64,000 nucleotides of DNA from Azolla caroliniana (lineage: Eukaryota; Plantae; Polypodiophyta): the NCBI GenBank assembly GCA_043228905.1, contig JBHGNT010000009.1, positions 14,880,001 through 14,944,000 on the forward strand, written 5' to 3'. The translations under genes and the position numbers were made by a program. Under the pieces are notes generated by a model. That model did no database searches. It saw only the letters and a list, made by a program, of their open reading frames with translations, and was not told where the DNA came from. Of the stretch, positions 1 through 10,533 are shown piece by piece. How positions within the stretch are numbered: the first letter of the stretch is position 1; every line of letters starts with the position of its first letter.

Positions 1-131
1 AAAGTGCCTAATAGAATGTCAGAGAGATGTCTCTTCCTGATACACCACAAGGTGATGCTGAAAATTGTCCCGAAGACAAACTCTAATGAGCATCATACTT
101 GTGGGCAATCTTGAAGTTGGTAGCCCTCATA

Positions 132-205
132 GTTTAAGTAGCTCAGTTGGTTAGACAAAAGGACTGAAAATCATTGGGACAGAAGTTCAAATTCACTCCT
201 GAACA
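132..205 (+). pseudogene. trnF: Degenerate tRNA-Phe(GAA), plant-mitochondrial type (probable NUMT fragment) in the MED14 intron
   Basis: GTTTAAGTAGCTCAGTTGGTTAGACAAAAGGACTGAAAATC...AGTTCAAATTCACTCCTGAACA: D-arm, CTGAAAA anticodon loop and T-loop recognisable; resembles land-plant mt trnF as I recall it; stems carry several mismatches. Confidence 0.7.
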
Positions 206-977
206 GTAAATTATTAGGTTCAAATCTAGTTTATATATTAGATGCAATTAAATCCACAAACATCTTGGACCTAAAGCCGTAGAGCACTCTACTTGTCTAA
301 TCGTAGCAGAAATTCTGGACAAATGATGTGGCCTACCTGTTCCAGAAAAATTTCACAACATTAGCACAAAACCAAACTACCTTTCACATCCAAAGATACA
401 AAATTTTGCCTTAAGTGTGGCGAGCAACCCACCCCATGAATAGGCTTTCGGGTCATATTTCTTTTTCAGGTCCCCATTCCCTGAACCCATGATGGATATT
501 AACTGAGACATAAAAGTCAACGAGAGGCAGGCAACTGTCAAGCGTGCTCGTATAGTATCTTATAACTTGGTTGACATCAGTATTAAGCCAAGATCTGACA
601 AAAGCCCCACACGATGTTGATTCATACCGGTTATATGACACAACCATGGTATTACTTCCCAACAAAGATATGCGGAATGCAAGTGCTTTAGAGCCTGATC
701 GTGGAGGCACCGTCAGATTCAATGTTCATGTAACTCTGGCGAATGGTCAAATTCTTCATGCAGAGTTCACTACTGACAATAAACTACTTGGGGACTAAAA
801 ACAAGAAACAAGATGCAAGTCTAACATGAGCCCATGGCATAATATCATAGGACTAGCATCATGTTGCCTCAATTCAATGTGTCTCCCAATCTGGACAGTC
901 TATGCAAAGAAAAAACATGGCACTGCGTGTCAAGGAGCCAACTTCACACACCTGGATCCCAAACTATTCAGCAAAAC

Positions 978-1175
978 AGCTGTCCCTCTCAGATCCAATG
1001 ACAAAATTTATGTGCATGAGAGCTCATCTCTGGCTATAGATCAATGCTCCCCTAAGAACATATCATTGCACATAAGCACACCTGAACCCCAAACCAGGAA
1101 GTAAATCAGCTGTCCCTCCCAGATCCAATGACAGCATTCTGAAGTGCATGAACACTCATCTCTGGCTATAGATTG
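978..1175. repeat. Imperfect ~65-bp direct repeat, 2 copies
   Basis: AGCTGTCCCTCYCAGATCCAATGACA...CTCATCTCTGGCTATAGAT at ~978 and ~1108. Confidence 0.8.
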
Positions 1176-2791
1176 ATTCTTCCATATGATGCCAACTACC
1201 TAAATGTGGGGGTCCATGGTAAAGCATCAATTGGAAAGGAGATGATCGCATTACTTCGAATATGACCAATATGGTCTTCCAATGAACTACACAGGGATTC
1301 AAGCAACGCTCAAAAATATCTCATGTCTAGATATTACCTCTGAAAAAGATGCTACATGTGATAACATGTTAACATGCCTCTTGAATACCCTGTTACCAAG
1401 AATTCATGTTCCATGCCATCCCTTTCAAGATGAGAATGAATACCATATTGCCTTGTTAGCCAAGCCTATGCATGTTTGTGTCTATATATACCAAACCACA
1501 TGCCCAAAAGCTTACATCAGTCTTCTATATATGGCAATGGACAGAACACTTGACTTTGAAGAGTATTCATGCATTATACAATATTAATAATACTTCTTAG
1601 TGCGAAAATCATGACCATATGATTCCATATACACCAAAGTATCATATATGAATCTTAACTTTTTGTTCAAGTATAAATAACAATTCATACAAAATACATA
1701 TATAGATATATATGGAAAGGATCTCCGTTTAGGTACCAATAAGCAATTTAGAGAGGTTTGTGGAAAATGCAGACGTTAAGACCAAAAACAGATACTGGGG
1801 TGAATTGCTGAAATTTCAGAAATATTCCAAAAACTTTACTGAAATTTTAGACCTTCTAATGAGCATGGGATTTGGAAAATAGGAAAGAAAACTCAGAGTG
1901 AGAGAACAAACTTGAATATTTTCAAGAACAATTGGGTTCAAGAACCCCATATGTTGGGAGCCATTTCAGATTTGTTTCACTAGAAAAAATTAAGTTTCCT
2001 CTGCAAACTGTTTCCATACCAAGCTTAATAAGCATATGTTCTTGTTACACTGATCTCGATAGATTTGAATAGGAGAACGGGATAAAAAATGATGCAGATG
2101 ATTTTGAATAGATATCAAGATGGTATTTTAATTTGTTCCATTGCAATCACTATTTTAGGGTGAACCTCTTCCTTTGAATTAGGGCCAAACTCTTCCTACA
2201 CAATGGTACCTTCTACAAAACAACTTTCCTCAAAGTAACCTCAACCATGATTTCAACTAATTTGCTTCACACAACTCTTACAGGAAATGGATATTCTTCA
2301 AAGAAATCTCAAAGTGATTCGAGACAACTGCTTTAATGTGAACTCTTTCTGCTGAAGAGCGTATATAGTTCTTTTCTTTTTCTCAACAAAACAGCTTTCT
2401 TCATAGTAATCTCAAAAACGATTTCTTTTCCAAGTGTTGGATGTAAGCCTTCACTGCTGAAAAAACCTATGTGGAGCTCTTTTCAGTGAATCAATCTGAG
2501 CAGTCATTTGAGCATATCTATCTTTTCAAAACGTTTAGTCTAGGTCTGGATGTTCTAGCTCTTCTTTTGCAGAAATAACACTACCTTTCTTGAAACAAAT
2601 GGAAATAGTGATTTCGTGTCCTTGAAAATTTCATGTTCACTGAACGTTTTCACACTCAGATAAATATTGCAATACTTCGTTCTTCAGAAGAAAAAGAAAG
2701 AACAAACATTGCAAAGTGAAAACAGTGATTTCCTTCCAAAATGCTTAATTCTTCAGTAGAGAAAGTGATCTATCTATCAAAGTCACCATAC

Positions 2792-3013
2792 CTGGCTACA
2801 CCATTTAGACAAGACGAGAAGACGAAGCAGACGCTGCCTAGTCTTGTTAATGAACTTGAGGAGACCGATCTTCTTCTCTGTGTCAGATCGCTCAGGACTG
2901 ATGTCACAGAGATCCTTGAAAGCGAGGAAGGAGCTCTCTGTGGTCCTCTTCACGAGCATGGAAAGGTCTACAGTCTGCTGGCCAGGTTGGAAGGCAAAGG
3001 CGGGGTCAGCCAT
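2792..3013 (-). CDS. MED14: Mediator of RNA polymerase II transcription subunit 14, first coding exon (gene continues left beyond the window)
   Basis: MADPAF..GQQTVDLSMLVKRTTESSFLAFKDL..SDTEKKIGLLKFINKTRQRLLRLLVLSKWCSQ matches the plant MED14/SWP N-terminus (GQQTVDF..SDTEKK..KTQQRMLRL..KWC.QV); ends at donor CAG|GTATGG (GT at 2791-2790). Confidence 0.9.
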
Positions 3014-3093
3014 GGAGGACGCAAGAAGTCCAGGGGAGGGGGAGGGAGACAAGTAAAGATGAAATGATCAGGTCGTCTTCCCTGAGCGAGACA

Positions 3094-3102
3094 TTAGGGT
3101 TT
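3094..3102 (-). promoter_or_regulatory. Telo-box (AAACCCTAA) in the MED14 5' region
   Basis: Exact AAACCCTAA on the gene strand ~80 nt upstream of the ATG, a usual position in plant housekeeping genes. Confidence 0.5.
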
Positions 3103-3127
3103 TCCAATCTTCTTTTGCTTCTTAATC

Positions 3128-3253
3128 TGCTGCTGCTGCTGCTGCTGCTGAGCCAGTGCTACTTCGTCAGTGTCTTCGGATGTCTGTGGTCTGCCTACCT
3201 TTGCCTGCTACGCTTGCTTCTGATCCTTCTTCTACATCTGAGCAGCATCTGCT

Positions 3254-3284
<31 letters not shown>

Positions 3285-3431
3285 CGTCTCTGATGTTCTC
3301 TCTGCATATATGTATGTATGTATACTATACATTTTTTATGTACGTACGTACGTATGTATGTACATATGTACATACATGTGTATTTCTTTCTTCTGTGGCG
3401 CTCGCTGCCAAATAAAAAAGGCATCCATACA

Positions 3432-3460
<29 letters not shown>
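3128..3460. repeat. Microsatellite cluster upstream of MED14: (CTG)n, (CTCCTG)n, TATG-rich, (CATA)n
   Basis: Tandem arrays visible at ~3128-3150, ~3255-3283, ~3308-3380, ~3427-3460. Confidence 0.9.
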
Positions 3461-3462
<2 letters not shown>

Positions 3463-3476
3463 TGATATAAGAAATA

Positions 3477-3788
3477 GGGAAAAGTACCAGGATACCCCTA
3501 GAAGTTCGTCTATTTACCAGAATGCCCTTGGAAGTTCTAAATTTACCAAACTACCCCTATGTCCAAAAAATACACTTTATAAAGTAATTATACACTCAAA
3601 TCTTTGGTAAATAGGGCTAGTTTGGGTCCATTGCTTCTATCTTTGGTAAATAGGGCTTGTAGATTTGAGTGTATAATTACTTTATAAAGTGTAATTTTTT
3701 GGATATAGGGGTAGTTTGGTAAATTTGGAACTTCCAGGGGCATTTTGGTAAATAGACGAACTTCCAAGGGTATCTTGGTACTTTTCCC
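3477..3788. mobile_element. Mutator-like (MULE) MITE
   Basis: ~125-bp terminal inverted repeats GGGAAAAGTACC...GGTACTTTTCCC; exact 9-bp TSD TAAGAAATA at 3468-3476 and 3789-3797. Confidence 0.93.
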
Positions 3789-5099
3789 TAAGAAATATTT
3801 ATGCGTTGTCGTCGTCGTCATCTGCATTCTTCTTTTGATCCTTCTACAACTAACCTCTGTCTCTGTCCTCGACGTTTCTATTTGCTACCAAATAATAATT
3901 AATTAGGCTTGGTGAGGAAATCTCAGACACGGACGGTGCAGAACACGTTTCGAATGGTGTGTGTGATCTGCACCATTCGATCTCATCAATATGGTATTTG
4001 TTAATTGAAAAGCTCCTCATCATGTGATTTACAACTTGTGATACGTCTGATATATTCTTTCACATATACTATACATGTGCTTAGGCCATAGATATTGAAC
4101 TTAACAGTAATGACCATTCCTCTTCAATGGTAAATCTAGTGTCAATACGGTGTACTAAGTAAGTCCACTACCCATTCCTCTTCCATACTTTGTAAACAAT
4201 GAATGTTATTTATAACTATTGTTTTAATGAGTTGATTAGATTTGGCACGATGAACTCATTGGGAACTTTCCATTGAATGATGAAGATTCAAATAATGATG
4301 TTATGATGCATGAGATAAGTCAAAAGTGATATAATGTTACAAATATTAAATGTATAAAAAACGTCTAAATGCTTAAATTTTAGAAAGCAATTGGGGAAGC
4401 CCAAAATTTGATGAAGCATTGTACTCTTTGTGCAAGAATCCAAGTGCAAAATGCAAGACTTTGTACAAAACGGCATAAAGGCCTTCTATGCATATATGAT
4501 AGAAAAATAGGGAAGACTACTAGTTTTTCTTTAAGTTGTGAATCTAGCAAGTGAGCTAGACATAAGGGATACACTAAATCTACTATTGAGATACAAGCTC
4601 AACATTGGGTGCGCAAACGGGTGTGTAACGCAATGCATAGACTGGGTGCGTAAAACTGTACGCACAACATGGCCGTAGCGGTGTGTAAACCGAGAGGCCA
4701 TTAGAATATTATTCCTCGTAAGGAATAATTTTGGGAGTTAGTGTAGAAGGCTCATTTATGAGCAGTCAAGTATTGTTAGTACTTGTGTCAGCCCAATAGT
4801 CGGGGCTTGTATAAAAGGTGCTCACTGAGCACGAAGTACATAGACAGAGAACATACATAGATTTATTTTTTAATATAGTTTTTGTTCTGCTTGTCGTCTC
4901 TATCTCTGTGATTTCTACGTTTTTTATCAAACTGTCATACTTCCGAATTGAGTATTTTGTGTCTTACATACGCTTCCGCACACGTATTCTTTTACATGGT
5001 ATCAGAGCGCGAGGGTTGAGACTCCTTTGTAGCCGACATAAAAGCTTGTGATAAGATAGAGTTAAGTTATTGTTTTTCGAAAAGGATAAGACAACAATA

Positions 5100-7682
5100 T
5101 GGATAGAGGAATGGGATGCTCGCTACCGACTGAGGAGCTTGATAGGAGCAACTACGCATCTTGGTCGTACAAGATGCACTAGTACCTGCTTGGTCATGGT
5201 TACTGGAGTTATGTCGAAGGAGCTAATGATACAACACCCAAATCGACACACAGAGATTTTTTGACTTGGGAACAAGCGGCAAGCAGAGTTCTTTACTGCT
5301 TGCGTCCTGTGTGAGCGACCAGCTCTTGAGCTACATTCGAGATGCTAAGACGCCAAAGGACACGTGGGCGACTCTCAAGAGGATTTTCGCCTCTAGCACA
5401 ATGACCAAGAAGTTGTAGCTCAGGTAGGAGCTCAACAATGTCCAATAGAAAGATCTTTCTGTGGCCGATTACACGGCCTGAATCAAGGAAATCTGTGATT
5501 CCCTCGCCTCCGTCAACGTGAACGTCGAGGAGGATGAAATGGTGCAGGTTTGTCTTGGAGGGTTAGCGTCAAAGTTTGGAGCACTCCGAACGGCAGTCTG
5601 CACAAGGGAGAATACGCCCTTGTTCTTCGAGCTTCAATCAATGTTGCTCGTGGAGGAAAATCACGCGGGTGCGTCGACGAGTACGCACGCCGACGACAAG
5701 ATGTTGTACACAGAGGAAGATAGGCCCCGTGGTCGTGGCGGACGAGGCGGATCGACGTGCAATGGAGGCGGCCGAAAGGAGCAGAACGCGCGGCATAATT
5801 GAAATGTCAAAAGCAATTCTGAACCCTCCGGAAGCAAGGGGAGTCATAGTGGCACCGGAAGCCGGCAAGAGAAGGTCGCGACGGATCGCTGGTATTGTGG
5901 CAAGAAAGGCCACAGAGAGAGCAAGTGCTGGAAAAAAAAGAGCTGATTTGGACAAAGCCGGATCGAGCAGAAGAGACGCAGGATGACGTCAGAAATCGCA
6001 CAATGTTGAGGGCTCCGAACGAACCGGAAATGGATCGGGCCCAACCTTCATAATGAAGCACAAGGCCAATTCGATGGCCGTGAACAGCTCGAAATCGAGC
6101 GAGGTGTGGCTTGTTGATTCCAGAGCATCAAATCATATGATGAGTCACGAGGAGTGGAGAAACTAGAAAAACAAGGAGTGGTCGAAACGGGAGACGACAC
6201 TCCGCATACCATCGAACATGTTGGTGAAGTTCCCCTCAATCACGTCGGGCAGAAAGGGAAACTCATGAACGTGTTGCACGTCCCGACAATAACCAAGAAC
6301 CTGGTGTCGGTCGGACAGATTGTCGACCATGGGATGCAAGTTCGATTCACGCACCTTGGGTGCTACATCGAAGAGGAAGGCCAAGTCATCATGCAAGGGT
6401 GCCATGAAGGGAGGATGTTCATCCTTGACACCAACCAAGCCGAAACCGTGTTGTTCGCGAAAGGACAAAAGGTCGAATCGATATCGACCTATGGCACAAG
6501 CGGTTCGACCACGTTAAGTTCCCACAGCTTCGTGAAATGCAGACGAAGAGCATTGTTTTAGGTTTGCCGAAATTTCGTGGCCAGGATGGCCAAGTCTGCG
6601 AAGCCTACCAACTAGGGAAGCAGCCCGACTTCCGTTCCCAAACGAGCGTAATCAGAGTCGAAATCCGCTCGACTTAATCTATTCGGATGTGTGGGGACCG
6701 GCACGGAACATGAGTCTCGGTGGAAGCCGTTACTTCGTAACCTTCATCGATGACTTCACGCGGCACACCTAGGCGTGCTTGATCACGAAAAAGAGCGAAG
6801 TCTTCGCGTGGTTCCTGAAGGTGAAGAGCCTTGTTGAAAGGGAAACTGGGTGTAAGATCAAGTGCCTACGGTCCGATGGCGGGAAGGAGTACTTCTCCGA
6901 CCAGTTCACAAGTTATCTACAGAAGGAAAGGATTCAACGTGGCCGAACAGAAGAATCGAACGATCGAAGAAGCTGCCAGGGCAATGCTTGAAGAGAAGCA
7001 TATGCCAAAGTTTTACTAAGCTGAAGCCGTAAGGACGACATTTACTTGCAAAATCGGACTTCTGTTAATGGTGGAGTGTCGCCACATGAGTTGTATTACA
7101 GGAAGAAGCCAAACATGGCACACCTGAGGATTTTCGGCAACATTGCGTATGTGCATGTGCCGAAGGAGAAGAGGAGGAAGTTGGACGCCAAAGCCGAGAA
7201 GTGTATATTGGTTGGCTATTCAAATGAGCAGAAGGGGTATAAGTGCTATAACCCCCGAACAAAGGAAGTTCGCATAAGCCGAGATGTCCTGTTCGAAGAG
7301 TCCACTTCGTGGTACTTGCCTTCACCTCTAATACCTCATGACTCCATTCCGAATTCTGAAGAAGAGGTCAGCAAGGCCGAGTTGCCTCTGTGTGATGAGG
7401 AAATCAAAGCTCTGACAGAGAGTCCGATCTCATTTCGGCCAAGTGGGCCGAATAAGGGGTTGGGCCGAGATGGCCAACCAAATGAAGAGCCGGCGAGTAG
7501 AAGAAGAAAATGTCGGAATACGATTTTGGCAGTGCTGAGTCATATCGGAGCGAATCTAACTTCGGACCGATCGAGAAGGAACCTCCACGAAAGAGGTCAA
7601 AATCGGCTAGAAAGGTCGTGAAATCGGGTAATCACGAATTACACAGATCTACCCGCCTAAAGAACCTTGTAAAAAGATATGG
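5100..7682 (+). pseudogene. Copia-A gag, protease, GAG-pre-integrase and integrase (disrupted)
   Basis: CWYCGKKGH knuckle ~5888, WLVDS protease ~6107, VLHVPTITKNLVSVGQ, LRSDGGKEY, GKKP-like RKKPNMAHLRIFG..KLDAKAEKCILVGY; many stops and frameshifts. Confidence 0.88.
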
Positions 7683-8428
7683 TGTTGTGGAGAAAACCGT
7701 CCCTAGGCGGAAACTAGGTATAACCGTCCCTACACATGGGCACAAGTTTTGTTGTATAGTACGCAGATAGGTACAAGTCGGGTGAGGTGAAATCCTAGGT
7801 AGCATGCATTCATTAGGAGAAAATCGAGGTGTATCCCTATCCGAAAGGACAGAGAATAAACATGATGTAACTGGTGGTAACGACCTCCCTCCTTGGGCTA
7901 TAAAAGAGAGGGAGAGGTATTGTAGAAGGGGGGGGGGGGGGGGGGGATCGCGTTTTGTAGAGGACGAAGTGCTGCAGGACTGAAGTCGAGCTCTTCTCCT
8001 CTATCTTCTCAATAGTTGTTCTGTACAGGTTTTCAGGAGGCTGACTCTGCTCCGCGGAACGCCCGAGTGCTTCCGGTAGAGTCTGCATCTCGTGTTCTGT
8101 GTTTGTGGGCGTGTGTGCAGGCGTCGGAGCCTATCACTCATCGGCTTGCCGGTTGTAACTCCTTGATTTATTTACACATAAACATTCGTTCTGCCTCCAT
8201 TGTTTAGAGTTAGTTGCAACTCCTGTGAATTTGTGTGTCGGTGCGCGTGTGAAGTAAATATGTAGTTTCCTTCCCCTCTTCTCATTCGGTTATTTCTCGG
8301 TTCGAGACCCCCGTGGTCCCGCCTCGTTCTCCATGCACGCATGTAACAACGCAACATATTTGGTGAACCTGACGTGAAACAGGCGGCAGAGGAATAGGAA
8401 GATGAGAGGGTTAGATCTTGCAAAAGCC

Positions 8429-10533
8429 ATGGCTTCGGCTGTGGATCGGATAGTGAGTATGCACGAAGGCACATGCGCCCTCGATAGGGCTATTGAAGCA
8501 GTCGTCGGCACGATAGGCCGGTTCGGTGGGAAGGACGCCACGAGCTATTTGGCGGCTTACTGAGCCAAAATGGTGATGAGGGACATCCCGGAGGACAAGC
8601 GACTGGCCGGATTCCCATGGGTGGCGATGCCGGGCATCCACGCGGAGGTGCTTGAGATACGGGCTGAGAGTCGGACCTGGAAGAGTTTGAAGGTCGGCTC
8701 CTTGAAAAATACGGGCTTGACGACACACTTCGGCTATCGAAGCAGGACTTCATGGAATGGGTGGAGACCCCCGAAAAGGGGAGAAACGCGTCGGTGCTCC
8801 TTCGGGATTTTGAAGAACGCTTCGCACATCTTTCGGCGCTGGACAAGACCGTACTGGACACAAGTCGTGTCCTATTGTTCGTTAAATCAGTGGATGTAAG
8901 AGACCGGGAGCAAGTGGGCTTCGTGTTGGAGATTGATGACGGCCTAACAACCGACTGGGCTGTGGTAAAGTGAGTCTACAACCGTTTTGACAAACGGCGT
9001 GAGTGGGTCGATAAAGGCTTGACGGGGGCGGGTTCTGTTGCGACAAGGAAGGTCGAGGTACCCCCACCGGCGCGAAGGGAAGAGACCCGAGATTGGCTCG
9101 AGACCGGCTCGACTTTGACTAGCATGGTCAAAGGCTCGTTCGGAGGAGCGGCTCTGGAGGAACTGACTCAGATGGTGAGGGACCTCTAGATTGCACAAGC
9201 ACGGAGGGACGACGGCGAACAAGTCTGTGACCGAAGGCCTCCGGCTGGGAACCGGTGCTTGTGGTGCGACGCGGTCGGCCACACCCGAAAGGACTGCGGG
9301 GACTTCACCGAAGCGATAAGAGCTAACGTGGTGTACCTATGGAATGGTCGGGTGCACGCTATCGAGACCCGAAGGGCCCTGGATCTGAATGTTGGATGAG
9401 GGGGTATGAAATGGCTAATGGAAGAAGCAGCGGCTCGCCACGCGGAGACCGTCCACTACTCGGCGTCGGCTGGAATCCGGGTCGGAAGTGATGAAGTCCG
9501 GAAAACGAAGGACTCTAGGTTCTGGCCGTTGATGCTGGAAGGCCTCGTCGGCGTACGGCTGAGGAAAGAGGAAGCGGACCATGCGAAAAGACGGATCCGG
9601 GAGGTAACCGAGTGGAGTGACCTGGTCGAAGAGAAGACGGGCTTTGTGGAAGCCACGTGCCAGAACTACGAGGTTCTGGTGGAAGACAAGCGCGCGGGAA
9701 AGACCGGGGGGGGGGGGGGCGGACCCTCACAACGGTATGAGAACCGGTTCGGGCCGAAGCAGAATGATGTCGGTGCATCTGGCGCACCGGACAAGGCCAA
9801 GAAGGCCGGTTATCGGTTGAGCATGGAGATCGAAAGAACCACGGACCTACGAAAGGTCTTGGAGGAACGGATCCTCGACAGCAAAGTGGAGTTGTCGCTG
9901 AGGGAAGTGCTCAGTATCGCCAAGAAGGAGTTCCACGAGTCCATCGTAGACTTGGTGAAGCGGAAAAGGCTTTCGATGGAGCCCGAGCCGGAGAAGCCGG
10001 TGGAGGTGCGAACGACGCACCTAGAAGACATAGCCCTGGAGGACGAATTGGCGGAAAGCCACCACTCGAGGCTACATCGGGCTAGGGCCACTACGGAAAC
10101 CCCTGTTCGGATTGGGGACGTCTAGGAGCCGGTGGTGGTGTTGGTAGACCACGGTTCGGAGATCAACTTGATGTCCATGGACTTCTATAAGAAGGGAAAG
10201 TGGCCGATCAACACCAAGCACGGGTGGAAGATATGGGCAGCAACGCGCGCCATGGAGGGGCTACACAGAGCCTACTCGAATGTACGAGTGAAAATCGGCG
10301 ATGTCGAGATCGATCAACACTTCTTCGTGCAGGAGACGTCCTCGCATCCGGTGATACTCAGAGAACCGTACATCACGGCGGCGCGCATGGAGACAAAGGT
10401 GCCAGACAACGGTTCGGCATATGCACGAGTCAAGAGCCAGGATGGGCGTCACTCGGTCCAGTTCCTGACGGTGAGACCGAACCATGAGCGTAACCGCGAG
10501 ACCCTCGATGGCAAAAACCGAGGGGATTTTTAG
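8429..10533 (+). pseudogene. Gypsy-A gag-protease ORF (disrupted)
   Basis: Zinc knuckle CLWCDAVGHTRKDC ~9257; protease VDHGSEINLM ~10144; ends GAT TTT TAG. Confidence 0.85.

Noticed and set aside
571-798. 75-aa ORF in the MED14 intron
   Set aside because: TTG start, upstream in-frame stops, no recognisable motif
1-2790. Further MED14 exons
   Set aside because: Could not find the expected next peptide (VPL..QQL..HD.CF.QAADSLFFMHEGL); treated as intron
3064-3465. Poly-Leu / MYVC ORFs
   Set aside because: Products of microsatellites in the MED14 5' region
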